A stretch of 55,552 nt of DNA, filler included, from Sphacelaria rigidula (GCA_964200075.2; 3 parts of 3 records of this genome joined end to end with filler, not necessarily neighbours in it), one strand, 5' to 3'. Numbered from the whole stretch's first letter, positions 37,663 to 52,800 are shown. The notes: generated from the letters alone by a model not told the origin. Program-made: numbers and translations.

Positions 37663-38607
37663 TAGCTGAGTACGGGATGTTGTTTCCGTTGGTCGATCGT
37701 GTGCCAACTCGAGGGAAAACGATGAATTTTGTCCGACGCGCGCCGAAAATCTCCATGCAAAGGGTGAGCAACGGCACGTTTTCCGTTTTTAACGACACGC
37801 GTGTGACCGACCGTCTGTATATTCCTTCCGCCAAGCAAACATCGCTGTGTGTGCGTGAGCAACGGCAACGTTGGAGATGGTTCGCGTCCGTGGTGGGTGT
37901 CTGTGCATTCCTTCCGGGGTTCGCTGTGTGGTTGTTGTGCTCGCTCTTCGCGTCCTTTGCACGGGTACAAGTGTGTTATTGGAGCAACAGCCAGCGCAAC
38001 AACCGTCGCATCTTGGAAGTTCTGTGCAGATCTGGCTTGTATGCGGAGAAGAGCATATTTTACGATTATACTCCAACCTGGTCATTGTGTGTGAAGATCG
38101 GTTTGCGAACTGCTTCTGCGAACTAATTTCATTTGTCTCGATGAGGCACGACCCGAGATGACAGCACACGGAAGATAGCTGATACTACACACAGTCGGAG
38201 TAAGCAATCGCGTCTCTGCAATAGACGTCCGTTCCGTGGTGGTGTCCCCAAGCCTTTACCCATCGTTGCTTGATATGCCGCCGTCTTGCGCATGCATCCG
38301 CGATTACCGCCCACTATGCAGGTGAACGGATATTTCCCTCTCCCAGACTTCTACACCAAGGCAAATGCGGACGTCACCATTGTGAGTGTCTCCAATTCAG
38401 CAGAGTACACGGCACATTGCATTCTAGAGCAATACGGTCGGTCCCAAGAGCATGGGGCAGGTACAGCACGGTTAATCACGGCGTCTACGTGTGTGTCACC
38501 GCCGCTGAATTGCACCTCGGGCGATGAGGTTTTGTTCACTGCATGTGGTTTTCATGATGTTACCTGGTCCGCGATTTCTTGTTGAACGAAGCCTTTATAC
38601 CGCACAG

Positions 38608-39297
38608 GCGCACAAGGCAGGAGGGTGCCTTCGAAGACATGACAACACTAGTAGTATTATAGTGGTGGTACAGACCATGCCGTTCCCTCGGATGCAACAA
38701 GAAAATTCCAGTTGCCGGTTCTTATGCGTGGCTATTGTTCGCGTGGTGCGGTGAGTTGTGTTGCCGTAGCCGTGTGTGGAGCTCTGTGGTTTGAGGTCGC
38801 GCTTGGACTTACATACTTGTCGCCCTGACGATAACATGACCTTCATAATCCGGGCACTGTACCATTCACTGTGACCCTTGCTCCCTTCGTCGTCGCTGAA
38901 GCCCGCGTTGTTCGGGATAAGCAGGGGAATGGACATCAAGGAACACCCGATGGTCTCCGTCGACGGGTGGATGACGGACTCCTTTGCGTGGGCGATGGAG
39001 ATAGCTCGGTGGGCGGGCTGGGAACTGAAGGGTGGTGATAACGAGCTGAAGGAAAGACTGGGGAACAACATTGCCCCGGCCGACCGAAGTGAGATGGCCG
39101 TACGATTTCCAGAGCGCCTGTTACCTGATGACAAGTTGGCGTTGACCTACGGCAGAATCAACCATACCCCGTTGAGGATAAATGTTGAATCTTGGGCTGT
39201 GCTCATTGTCATACACACTGTGATTGAGTTTGATTGCGGACTGGGCTGAGAAGGCACTCGAAGGAGCTCTCTCGGAACACTACTGCTGCTACCACCG

Positions 39298-39341
<44 letters not shown>

Positions 39342-39657
39342 GCTACGGCTACAGCTGGTGAATGCGATCAATACTCGTAACATAGTTTTGCTTATGATTT
39401 CATGACTCCGCCGCTCGTATCCCTTGCCGTCGTGTCTCGCACCCCTCTTGAACGTTCCAAACGTCTTTCAACTGTTGATCACCGCTTGGGCAGGTCTGTT
39501 CGAGCTTGTTTCGCACTTATTGGCCAAGACGTACGATGACCGTTGGACCCTCGCGGATGTAGTCAGTTGCGAATTCTACCAGGTGGGCACGATAGTAGAC
39601 GCACTTTTTGCACTTCGTTCACCCAGTGACTCGGAAATGGATGATGTCGCGCTGTGA
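38608..39657 (+). pseudogene. Decayed protein kinase fragments (CMGC/CDK-like C-lobe)
   Basis: After a CAG acceptor: RTRQEGAFEDMTTLVVL*WWYRP..LGC (activation-segment-like). Then PALFG.., then LFELVSHLLAKTYDDRWTLADVVSCEFY (subdomain XI-like). No intact HRD or DFG seen. Confidence 0.45.
39280..39355. repeat. (CTA)n microsatellite
   Basis: Run of CTA repeats with CTG/CCG variants. Confidence 0.95.
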
Positions 39658-42600
39658 GAGACGTCAGCGTGATTTGGTGAACGTTGTGTCAGCCCTACGC
39701 TGTCGCACGTTGTCGCACTCTGTCGCCAGGCGTGGGCCACTGTCCTGTCCATCGTTATCGGCGCGGTTTGCGCAATTTGCTGTGAACGTTTTTGAGTAGG
39801 CGTCCTGCTGCAATCAATTTGCTGGTCGTGTCTGCGTGTCCGTTCACCATACGACGCGATCCCTACCGTGGTATGATACATGCAAAGTTGCTGGGGTCGA
39901 CTACTGAGAACTTGTTCGAGATATCGGCACATATGGGCACATGTCGGTATGTCCAATGGATCAATGTACCGAGATGTCATCGGGATTTACTCTATTTATA
40001 GTGATGAATCGAAGTATTCCGGCATCATGTATCATATCGACGAGATCATCATGTACCAATGGACCGGAAAGATATTGGCACTTGATGTATTGTTTCATGG
40101 GGGGGGGAAGGAACTGGGTAAAATGGATCAGCCCTGTCGGTACACGGACCACTGGACGTCGATACGCCAAGTCGTGCAAGTCGTTGGGTGGTAATACCGC
40201 GTTAGATGGTCCTTCTTCGCGGCTCACCTTGGCGGGGTTTTTCGCGTTGTAGCCACTTCTGTTGAGAATGGTTGACACGCTCTTGAAGTTTGGTGTTGGG
40301 CCTTCATCGCCAACGTATCGCTTGTAGAGGATGACTCAACGCCACTACGTCTCCGTCCCACACCAGAGTTGAGTCCTGTCGCGGCTGCACGGCAAACTTT
40401 GATGGGTACCAGTAATTTTTTCAAGACATCCATAACGTGTGATATGTTGTCGACTTGTCATATTTAGAATGCATCGGCGGCATGGAGTGTGACGTTGTGG
40501 TACATCAGGGCAAATTCTGATTTGTGCATGTACATATCTATCCATCGATATTTATATTCGTATCTGATATCAAGCTAACTGTGGCACCTGGTACGAATTT
40601 TTTGCGACGATTCAAACGTTTGCGTTTGTGTTGTTTGTCATGTCGTCTACCGACCCGGTCGGGTTGGTTATAGAGGTGGTGCGAAACCACCTACAGCACG
40701 GCCCGCAAGGTCACCCCAGAGTGCCTAAACGGTAGCGGTGAAGGTGCTGTGCAGCATGGGGACGAGATGAGCGCCGACGGAGCTAGCCCGTTGCATCCAG
40801 CAGCGGGATCGCAGCGGCCCTGTTCCAAAGAGTCGTCGCACGAGGGAGACAAACTGTGCTCCAGTGGCGAGAGTTGGCCGGCAGCGCCTGTGGAGGAAAG
40901 ACAAGGCGCACGGAGTCCTATGCAGGCGAGGAACAGCAGTGCCAACAGTAGCAGAAGGGGGGAGCCGGCGTCTCGGAGTTCGCCGCGAAAGAAGCGTGCG
41001 GTGTCGGAAGATGATGAAGACGCGCCCAGCTCCAAGCGGGCGAGGCATGAAAATGGCCTCGCAGGGAGGAAGCAGGAGCGGTTAGAGCGAATGGTGCTGC
41101 GGAGGGGGGCAGCGGCACAGACCTCGCGATCATCATCATCATCATCTTCGTCGTCATCATCATCATCGGGGGAGCGAGCGCCAGATTTGACGGAGAGGAG
41201 GCAGCTATTCCCAATCGAGAACGCTCAACGGGCGGCAACACGGGTGCGAATGGGTCGTACATATTGGGCGTCGGCGCTTGATCTTTCATCGCGCCATTTT
41301 TCGCGTTGTCTGAGTCGTACTTTCGAATCCTTTGATTCTCAGGTTTTGAGCGTCGCTTGTCGGCGCTTGGTTTGCTTGTTTGTATTTCCTCGGTACCGTA
41401 GGTAACTTCAGATGTGAAGATACTCAAAGCAAAAAACACATTGGTCGAGTTTCGGCGTTCGAACGCGGGGTGCAAGTTATCACGTGGCTCTATCCTGTCC
41501 GAGGGGTCGAGCTCAGCGTCGATGCACGAACAGAGCTAAAAAATATGTATGTATGTATGTGTTTTTGATCACATATATTTTCGAGTTTTCAGTTCGATTC
41601 TCTTTTTTTCAAGGGAGCAAAATATCGAAATATGACCATTTTTTGGGCCGACTGTTTTTGTTTACATACGTTGCCCACGAAGGGTAGCAGTGGGTGAACA
41701 AAAACAGAAATTTTCAACGGAAGAAACGCCGAAGATATAAAGCAAACGATCGCCTATCAAAGAATATCGGACACGAAAAAGCCCCGTGTAAACATAAACG
41801 GCATCACTTATGAGACGGAGGAAGTATGTGGTTGCATGTGTCGCCGAGAGTATCTGCGGATCCTTGTAGAACATCAGGCGATAGCGATGCCGGCGGTCAA
41901 TGAACCCAATATCCGGGGTTTGACTGCGGGACATTCCCCTACTATCTGAGAAGCAAAAACCTCGTTGATGTAACACCGGTCGAGGTGAGAAAACAAACGG
42001 TAGAGCTGCAGGCGATGGCCATTTGTGCCTTTCCGACCCCACAGGACTTGCAGTGCGGCCGCCAAGGCTTCGTTTTCGGCCCGACTGATTCTACAGGCAC
42101 AGTCCATGGCATCGTGCACGAGAGCTATTTTGGTAGGTAGCCAACGATACGCTAGAGAATCGCCCAGTGTTCAACTGTGTCGGAGACAAAGATTTACTTT
42201 GTTTTCCCACTCCCCGGGGCGGCGCCGAGGATCAAGGTAGGGTTCATACCCCAAGTGTAAAACCCAAGCTGCCGGACCCCTGCGCTTTTATCCCAGCGAG
42301 GTGCCGCCTCACGTACGCGTTGGCTCGTTTTCTGTTTTTTCTGGGTCTTCATCGCTGTACGGGACACTCTCGTCGTCAAAACAAGGCAGCGCAGTAAAAG
42401 GGTATGGTACGCCGTACTTTAGTGTACTCTCCGACTTGTAGTACTTTACGATCGAACGGCGTTGCACGCGAATTCTGGCGTGTTATATTTGGTACGCCTT
42501 ACATCCCTCTCGCCTACCTGTTTGGCCTATACTCCGTCATTTTTTGTCAGGCGTGCGCCGCGAACCGCGCAGCGACCGTAGAGGTGCAGACCCGGAACAA

Positions 42601-43899
42601 TTCGGCGGGAGGGGGCGAGGGGAGCGGGAGTGCGGACGAGGGGCAGGCAGTGAGCCAGAGGACGAGGGGTGCGCGAGCCAGGGATGCGAGGGGCAGAGGG
42701 GGAGAGACGCAGAGGGGTGCCGGGCGTACAGATACCGCCCAGGGCTGTAGGCGAAGCAGGCGCCTGAGGGGCCTGCCACCACGTGAGTTCCATCGTTCGA
42801 TGGCTTTCTGTCCATTTTCAGCTCTGTCGACGCGTTCCGTTGAGAACCGTGCGGTGAAGTTTTGGATTGTGTCCTTCGCGGTGGCGAGAGGTTCACAAAA
42901 TACCACTTGAGCGATGTGTTTGGATACGTGGTAGGGGTTGCGAATCGACCAGGAGCTTCATGCACATCTTGATCGTGTTTTGTCGCTCATGGGCTTCACT
43001 CGAGCTGCGTCCGCGTTTGACTAGCGGCGAGAAGTCGATGCAGCTAGATGCACTCTTCTTGTCATGCCATCTGTTTGGATGTGGAAGGCACTCAGTACCG
43101 TTCGAGGGACTTTGGTGAGTGCTACACGGGCATGATCGACATTCCTCCATCTTTTCGTATGTCACATTTGGCCGAATGCGAATCCTCGAACCCGCTCAGG
43201 CGCAGCAGGACCTGCTTTGTCCTCCACGGCCATTCTTTCGGGGGATGGTTGTTCACGTACGTGGGTGTGGCAGTATGGACTCAGCAGACAGCAATGCAGG
43301 CCGTGCACTAGTAGTTTACTTCGAGCGAGGACCCAGCAGTAGCATCACACACCGTGGTGGGGGCCTGTAATATACAGCCCGCAAGTGATGCTATGCTGTA
43401 ACAGTCGTGACGCGTGGTGCCTCTTGTTCTCCATCTCTTTCGTGTTTTGAATTGGGTCAAATAAGAACGGCAGCCGGGGAAAGAAATATCAACTTCTCGC
43501 ATTTTGCTTCGGACATGTCAACGCTGCTTGTCACTAGACCCGACATCTCCTCTGTATTCCTGTTTTTCAAACGAGGGTCACTGCGTAGCAACCACACGAC
43601 CTGCCTGTGACATCGACCAAGACACAAGACACCAAGAGTGCCTCGGCCCAGAAACCCACGACTGGCTGACCGTGTCATTCGCTCGTGACAGTGCGCGTGT
43701 GGAGAGCAGAGCAGACGCGTTTTTTAGCGGTGCATGTGATGACAGACTGCGGTGTGCACAGCAGAGTATATTCGTGGTCTGACGCAAATGCGGAGAGAGA
43801 GGCACTTGATGAGTCACTGCTCATTGCTCCCATGCGTCGTGTATAGCAGAGACTCCTACGTGATGTTGCGTGCCATAATATACAATGTATGATGAATGG

Positions 43900-46800
43900 T
43901 GTATGACTTCGTTGTGGTGCTAAGGCGCACACGGCAATGTGACGCGTTGTACTACGGGACTGGATCGCTCGAACCTGAGTGCTTTTCAATGTCTGTTTGA
44001 ACAATGGCTGATGACGAGTGATGAAATAGGTTTACCTTTGGACGGCGGAGCTAACTTGTGGCAGAAATGTTTGTGTGCATATCTCAACTTTTCCGCTGCA
44101 CCCAACTGTCGTTTGAGCTCGGACATTTCCCCGCGAGTTTCTCCCAAACCCTTTCGTGACGAGGCGTTTGTCCCGAGATGGAAGAGAAAACCTGTGAAAA
44201 GGTCAATCGACCGTGGTTGATGCCTTACTGCTGGACGGCATTCGGCGCCGTTCTGTGAGCTTGCACATATTTTGATCTCGTGGCGTCCGTTGCCGGTGTT
44301 GTTGTGTTGGGCGTGCGTCTCATCGACTGACTTGTGTAACCCTGCAGGCTGAACAACTCTCCGGATGCGATGGCCAGCCAAAAGGCCCTGCCTGGTCTTA
44401 GATAGATGTATGACATGGTGTGGGTAGATATACCAAGACAAGAAAAAAACAGCGCTGGCACGCAAAAAAAATTGAAACAGGTCGTACAGACCACAGGCAG
44501 AAACTAGAAAAATACGAGAAACGGGGCGGGTGGGGGAAAACTCGAGCGAAAAAAGAAACGAATGAATAAAATCGACAAAGAGGGACTCGGAACGGAGGCA
44601 CGGCAGATGGGAGGAGAGGCACGTAGTACAACGCGGGCGTAGATGAACACATTGGGTATATTTCTTGGTGTACGGGAAGGGGCAGGTGATGTTGTAAGGG
44701 TAGAGGGAGACATGGTCGGGGGTATGTTTTTGTGGAGGTTTATTGGCATGTATTGCTTTTTAGCCGGGGAGAGTGTGGGTGTTGTGCAAATTGCTGACGG
44801 GCCAGAGAGGTAGAATGAGGTAGAACGACGTACAGGGCACGGCTGGGCGCAGAGGGCGCAGGGTGGTGGTGGTGGTGGGGGGGGGGACAATCACCGGCGA
44901 CTGCTTGCTACGGCGGGGTCGGCACGAAGCATGGCTTGCAACCAGGAGGCGAGAAAGTGTGGGGATGGGGCAGACGCGTTGCCATGGCAGGGGACACAGG
45001 CCAGAGTTTGGAGACGAGGCTAGGAGAGCAAGGGCGTTTCCATGATGAACGACATGCGTAGAGGTGCTCATTCTCTCCTAAGCCAGCAGCAGCCGAGCTG
45101 GGGAACGCGAGGATCTGCTTTGTGAGTGCTTTGATCTACGCTTGACCGCGACATACCGCACAAGCTGGTTCCACGAAGAAACACGTCGCCCGTTCACCCC
45201 AACTCCATTCAAGAACTCGAGAGATGGCGCTCAGCTTTGAGCACATCCACTTGGTGTTGATATCGGGACGACCGCAGCGCTGTGACCCTACCGTTGTTTT
45301 GGCGTACCGCTCCATGCTGGGATATGAACTATATGTTTGAGGTATAATGCAGCGGCCTTCCTTCGCTTTGTGCCCACGGAAGTATGATAGTTGCATACAA
45401 CATTTGGAAATGGTCCAGCTACAAAGGGCACACATTCTCATACCAATGGCGTAAACGATTACGAGCAGCACGACATTTTTTTCCACCTTCAAACCTTTCC
45501 GAAACCCTGAGTGAATCCAAATTCAATATATTTCGGAGTATCACGCGCTTGCATGAAACGTCTTCGTGACTTCTTTTCCTTCACCTGTACCCCCGCCCAG
45601 ATCGACATTTCGATGTTCGACCTGAAATCTCAGGCCAGTGTTTGAGGGAGTCGCGGAATACTCTTCGACGAAAGTCCCTAATCGGCCGGTATCTCTACTT
45701 CCGAATTTCTTGCGATCACGGGAGTCAAGGGTATGCTCGATTGCACCTCGACATCGAACAGCTTAGCGTGAGAGCCGCCAGTCAATCGGAGGGGTCGGTC
45801 GGACTTTCCCCTTTGCTCCCGGAGTACACGTGTAAAACTACAGGCTCCAAGTCGTCGACCGTGATGTCGGGGTGATTCAGTGTCTGTCTAAAGACAATAC
45901 ATTGCTTTTGTACAGTCAGCTTGCGGCATGATGTAAGAAAAAGCCCGATGTCACTTCACTGACGTGGCACCAAAGGGTTCAGACACTTACTTGCTTTGGT
46001 CGATATTTAGGTGTCCTTCATGCTGCGTCGGATCGAATTGCATTGCTCCGAGCATATCGAACCAGGTGGGTAGGTCCGAACGCTCCGTGCAGTAAATGGT
46101 GGAAATCACGGTACCTCGATTTTCGGTCGAAGTCAAGTTGACATTCGTCACGTGACACCTTTCCTTCCTCGCTCGACACCGGAACAAATGCAGCAGATCA
46201 ATTCCGCACGAGTCCTAACAAGAGGAAAAATCATGCAGTCAGCGCCAAAGAGCTACGTGTTCACCGGCGAGGTCTGTAGCAGGCGTCTGGCGGACCATTC
46301 ATTGCCCGGGCGGCCACGCTCGGAGCGGTAGGACGCTTTTGCTCGGCAGTCACTGCGGCGGCCGTGGAGGGCTATGTCGAGGAGGTGACTGAGTTTGTTC
46401 AGGTTTTTGTTTTTGTTGTACGGAAGATAGGGTTGCGGATGTTGCGGATGTTTTCCCCTTCTTCTTCCCTTGTCACGGTGTTTGTTGATTCAGCTTGTTG
46501 TGCTTCCGTTTGTTGCCGTTTGTCCTGGCGCTTCTTTTTTATTTTGGTTGAATGTTGTTGTTATCTCCCCGATGTGTTTAGGGTTCCATAGTTTGGCGCC
46601 TGGGGGAATTGCTGTTGCGTCACGCTCTCGCTCTGGCCGCGTCTCTCTTGATTTGGTTCACGGTTCCATTGTGGCACTGTGAGTTTTTGATTTCCTCCTT
46701 TCGTGTGCGCATTGTACGCATTCTAGTGGATCGATCAGTGCTCGATTATAGTTCTCGAGTCGCCGGTAATGGTTCGTATGCGATATTTATGGACAGAAGG

Positions 46801-49800
46801 TCCTAGACCTCCAGATTACCCTCGTACCTTACTACGCGACGCAGTGCCGCACCGCCGGGCGGCGAAATTTTCGCTGTTGATGTTCCCCACCGACAAGATC
46901 GTGCACTACCGCCGTCTCTGCTTGTCGTCGAGATATCGATTAAGCGAGACAAATTTCGGTGGTGTGGACGCGGTAGTTTCTTCGAACAACCTTCGATTTT
47001 GACCAGAGAACGCACTACCAGGGAGCAGTATACTCATGATCTTGCATGCCGTGGTCACATTGCCGTTGACCTCGCATCCCTACAAAGCCAGGGACGGAGC
47101 ACGCCGGGTTTTCGCCAGACTAGGCTCGCACGACCTGGGGTGGAATCGAATTGTCTTCGCTCGCTGGTTTCATGATTTGTAAATCATAAGATTGTTTTCG
47201 AGCACAACTCTTGGAGCAAAGCGAACAGCTCTCTTGGGCCCTGTTAGTTGAGGTTCATGTACAATATACTCTCTGTTTGCGTTGAAGTGTCTCCATCTAT
47301 TCGCTGTCCTTGATGTTTGATGATCCTCGGCGGGTTAGCGGAGGAGAAACGGTCAACGCATTCCGGTGAAATTTGAAGTGAGATGATTTCCTTACTGCAG
47401 TATCATTTACTGTAGGGTGGTACTGGCACGTAACGTTCGGGACCACATATTTTGGAACAGTCATGCCACTCCGTTACTTTCGTTAGTGCATCACGTGTTT
47501 GGAGTTCGAACGTTAGGTGGAGGGGTGGGATACAAATGAAAAGTAGACATAACTAGTATCGCTGGAAATCTGAGGGTTGCGACTACAATATCCAAAGTCG
47601 TTCGTCGTGCGCTCCACAAACACGTACCGGCAACCAATGGAAAGAACATCTCCGGAACAGGGTGTCAGCGATTGCTGTGTTTCTCAGGACGCAAATTAAT
47701 CAGAAAGCCACTCTGTCAGGAAGGTTAGAATCCTTTCGTCTCTTGTTTTCTACAGTTTTGCCACACCCTTGGTCGTCTGGAAGCTATGTGGTCGACCAAA
47801 GCTCGAAAATAGGGGATACGCGGTTGCTGCAGCCACACACAGAACCATCAGGTGATTGGATACCCGTTGAAGCCAACTGTATTTTTGGTGGCAGATTGGA
47901 CAGCATGACGCCTGTGTCAATGTGGACTATTCTGTCCATGTGTCTGCCGAACAAGGGTGGAGGAAACAAGGCTGTAGTGTTGACCCTTTGAACGGTCGAA
48001 GCTGTCTCGACGACGCTTCAGAATATGCGACAGGTAGCCAAAAAGGGAAACATGACCCAACGCACATCTCCCCACGCGAGAGTAGCCGCTTTTATTGTCC
48101 TTGATTCCCTAGTCGAAAACACGCCTGACTCCTGCTGCGAAGTACTGTCTGCTTGATGTTCATTGAGTGACTCTAACAATTGAGCGAAAAAGTGCTGTTG
48201 GTGAAAATGCCGCAGGGACTACCACTCGTGGACATATGAACGGTGAATATCATCGTACTAGACCAGTACCTTTCGCATCACAAATGGTTGTACCATACAG
48301 CCAAGCTGATTCCCGATGTCGGAGGAGGTCCGTCTCCATTCGTTCAGAAGCTGAGGATCTGTGTTGACGTCCGTTGTTTTCTTTGCTTGCGCAGCCGAGC
48401 CGTCGCGTGACGAGTGACACAGGATAGTCGCGGTGAACATGGCGTGGCCTCGACGAGGACGGGGTATGGCGTGCTGTTGGTGGGCGCTGCTCGCGTGCAG
48501 GCGGCGGAGACTATGAAGGGCAAGTCTCCAGCAGCATACAGTCCTGTAAACAGGTATGTTGGGCATTCTGTTGAGCAGACCGACAAGGCCTAATGGTAGT
48601 GTTGGATCACTACCAAACGGCGCCGTCGGTGTTGTCAGGTCTGTTTCAAGCACTTGCTGAGCATGAGAGCTTAGGTAAGTAGGACGGTGCACTTGAACTC
48701 ACCGTAGAATTGTGTCAGAAGTACGTCTATTAGTCGTTCGTTATTTGTGCCCCAACACGTATCGGTGCTAAAAATAGGAATACTGTATATTCAAAGTTCG
48801 TTTGGCTGAAATTCCGACTAGTCTTTCGAGACCCAGCAAACTGCGAGCCTAACGTGACTGATATCTCCGGGTAACGACAAGCGAAAACGAAGGTACATCA
48901 AGTGTTTGGCGGGGGTCAGGTGAGAGAAATTTCGAGGGCTTCTCGGAAATCGCTCTGAGTTGCGCTGCTGCCGACCTTGCTTCAACAGCACCCATGGCAT
49001 GGTATAATGAGCCTTGGCGTATAGGGGCCGTGAGTACAGTGCACAACTCTGTATGATGGTCTTGGTGATATCTCCTTGGACATATGGACATATATGCCGA
49101 CTGTTTTTTCCGTGATTGTGTTCGTCGTGGTGGTGTATTTATTTGATTCGTTACACCCAGGGTGTTGGCTCTTTGTGCAAGAGTCGGTGTTGCCCGCAGT
49201 CCAGAGCGGACAGGTGATGGGAGCGTTAGATCGATCGAACGGTAACGTGCGTCGGGCGTATGGGCTGGTCCTCCGGAGGAGCCTAGGCTATTTCCTTCTA
49301 GAACTAGTAGTTGCTATTCGCCCTGGATGCTGGTTTTAACTTGCGCTCTGAGCCGTCCAGAACGGTTTGAATGTACGTACTGTGTTGTAGTCAGGCTGCT
49401 GTTGTATCTCGCCTTGCGGGAACGATACGAAAAACTTGAAATCAGGCGTGAAGTGTCTGTCACACAAATTGCTCCTCACATACACATACATCGTGTAGCG
49501 CTTGGCAAAGCAAAGATAGGAACAGCTAGTGTCATGCACGAGCGATTATCATACACACTTGACCTTATAGTCTCTGACGAGAGCAGCTATCTTGTAAAAC
49601 GTACATCCGTTATGTATACTGCCGTCGCTATGCACAAGGGAAAAACACAATAGATACTCTGTCGGATCGCGGATCTCTTGGCCTAAGTTTGTCGACACGA
49701 CGAAGAGGAGGTGGGTGCGAAGCGGAACGGCGTTGGGAGTTTTCTCAGCGATAACGCTTTTCAAAACCGCTTCGATGAAGCACCCAGTCTTGTCTCGTTG

Positions 49801-52800
49801 TTTTGTGTCGAGGAAACTTGGGCCTGGCCTTCCTGTCTCCGCTTTGGTTTGTGATGTTCCCTGTATCGTGCTTTGCGGGGCACGTGCTGATCGAATGAAT
49901 GACTTGCAATTACATAACGAGATGGCACTTGTCTCCTCACCTCCATCCCATGTGTGCAGATAGTAAGTGGTATGTTCCGAAGGTGCTGGGGAGAGGGGAG
50001 GGTCCGAGTACGGGTAATTTCGGCAGGTGCCCCTTTTCGGCAGTAGATACTCCGAGTACTGCTGACATACTCGGTGCCTTGGATGAGCCGCAACTCCAGC
50101 TACAATACTCCGAGACACTCATTTGTTTCGGCAGCCGATGCTGCAGCTACTTCTGAGGTACTGGGAAGTAAGTAAAACACTGTGGAAACCCAGAGTAGAG
50201 GGAGGGTCATACTTTGTCTTGAGAACCCTTGGAACCTTGAGCCCCAAACGATCGCTTCAGGTTGTAACGCACCCGGTAGCACCCTGATATGAAGCCACAA
50301 TCATGAGTATCCACATCTGTGGTACGTGTGAGAGTGTTGGGTTGACTTCGATCGGTGGTTGGCGTGTCAGGTTGCAAGTCTTGAGGATGCAGGCTATGGA
50401 CCACGGTGGCATTGAGACACGGACAAAGTCGCCATGTGCCCGCTTGACAACTTGCAAACACCCACTGTTGGGGACCATGATCTCTCCTACAGGGGGGGCA
50501 TACCTGTCTGTATACTTGGCCGCACAAACATTTCGCGGCAAAACCTTATCGCTGCCAGGGTAATGTATCTTGGTCGATATGGCAGTGTAAATTACCAGGT
50601 CATCTCGCGCAGGCACCATGCGATGCACGCGACGTGCCGAACCCTGCGGCAGAGGCGTAGCGAGGTATCTGTCAAAACTCCAGCGACATCACAGTAAGCG
50701 TAGTAAGTACATCCAGCTTAGCTTTTGACCGCTTGCACGTGAAAGGGTGAAGGCCATGGCATGTTGAAGTGACGGTGAAGTCACACGTTACGTTGTTGCT
50801 CGGATTCATGAATCGGTCAGAAATCTTCGAGTGGAACAGAAGCGACCTTAGATCGACGTGCCTCCGTAGATTCTCTTAGCTAAGAGCGGTCGTGTGTGGG
50901 TCAAGTTTGGCATGAAGATAATACGAGGAGGGATATGAGAACAGCGAATGAAGACATTTCTTGTGTCGATTGTGTGCCCAGAATGTTTTTCACAAGATGC
51001 ACATCTATCCGTTAGTGCCATAAATCCGGCTACGTGTTGCTTGATTCCTCCGCATGCACCGTCCCACGTATTTGCGTTTGTGTCACATTAGGTGTCAAAC
51101 GTGGGTTTCAGTAAAGTCTGATCCTGGCTCTGAGTGTTATCCCCTCCCTTCCCTTCCTCCCCTCCTCAGAACTCTTTTACGTAAATTTCCCGGTACACAT
51201 ACATAGTTATCTAAGAACCCACAAATAACATACCGGTCGATAATGAGGTAAAAGTAATGCAGCCAAATCTCACAGGGGAAGAGGATATAATCAACAAACC
51301 TGGAGAGGCCGAAAACTAAACGGAGGAAAGACGAAAAAAGTAACCACTGTAAACGTCACTAGTGCATGCAGTGCCGCACATATAGCAGTGAATGAGGGAC
51401 GTCTTTTCAGTTTGATGTGTTTTCTGCATGTCTTTTTTGTAGCTACTACCTCACTGGGCAATGGTGTCCCAAGAATCAAAATGAAACATGGCTCTTGTTT
51501 TTGTTTTACAATGAGCGCATCAGCTGTGCGGACGGTGTTAAAATATTCATCGTCAGTTTGTGCGTTGTGGTGAGTAGAGGTGCGTGTCGCGGGAACTAGG
51601 CGGAAGAGATTACCTCCTGTCCTTCATCAGTATATTCGTAACTGCATGCGTCATCGAGTTGTCAATTTCAAGTTGTCTGATATTACGGGGGGTGGTGAAA
51701 AACGTGATTCTACATCAGGCGCGACACTCGCGAGGGGCGGTTCAGCGGGTGGGAGGACAGATGACTTGTTTTCGAAGACACATACCTGGAGTCGCCCGGT
51801 CGCCAGTGACGCGAAAAATGGACGATTCGTCAGCTGACCCATCACCTCCGTGCCCCTGCAACATGGTGCTGCACAAAACAGAGCGGCGGCGCTGGTCAAG
51901 GTAAGAATCATTGGCGTGGACGTGCCGTCTTAATATTGGGTACTGCTTCTTGGTATTGTGGGTGCGCCCATGAACAGGCAACAGCGTGGATCAAGCACTC
52001 TGTGAAGGATGTACGCTCATGTGTGTATTCTTTAGTTGACAATGTAAGTGGTTGCAGGGCATTCAGCGTATATGCCACCCCTGTTTTTGTCCACCCGACG
52101 CAGCGGCAAACTCCGCCCCCCCCCCGTCCACATCAGGTCATTTTCCTCCCATATGCCAAGTAGATTCTGAACACCCGACTTTCAAATTTGAAGATGAAGG
52201 TTTTCCTTGAGGATCATGACTCGAAAGATTACAATCTTCATTTCCCCACCTATTCGTTGAAATATGGGTGCATTTCTTCACCTACTCCTAGCTATTGACA
52301 ACTACCACACACCATATAAATTTGGATTCCGATGACCGCAAATTCGGGGTCGTAAGTGCAAGACAATCCATGGGGATCTAGCTGATAGAGTTCGCATCAC
52401 CTGAACTCCCCGGGATTGTTTTTTCACCCACGAACCTAAAAAGTTGATTGTCGGGATCCTGTAGCAGTTATCAATAGCTACCATTAGGTGAGGGATTGCG
52501 ACCACATGTCGAAGAATTGGTGTGGTGGTGATAATTGGTGTGAACGACGAAGATGTTGAATTTTCCGGGGTACGATCCTCAATGAAAAGTTCCATCCTCA
52601 ATTTTGATGGTCGGCTGGGCTCGGTCTCAGCCGACGGAACACATTGCGGTCGTATCACGCTCGGGTATGCGCGCTGCGGACTGTATTTCACCATGACGAA
52701 ATGGGCGTCACGTGCTCACTCACGTGCACAGCGTGAGGCTCCAGGACGCACGATGTTTGCACCACCTCGGGAGAATACGGAGTCGGTAAAAAGTACCTTG

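Noticed and set aside
38785..38803. RDLKPQ peptide on the minus strand
   Set aside because: It is on the opposite strand to the other kinase-like pieces and has no surrounding kinase motifs, so it is probably chance.
47990..48560. Possible OTU-protease-like fragments on the minus strand (AWGDVRW)
   Set aside because: The catalytic Cys and His motifs are not identifiable; too speculative without a profile search.
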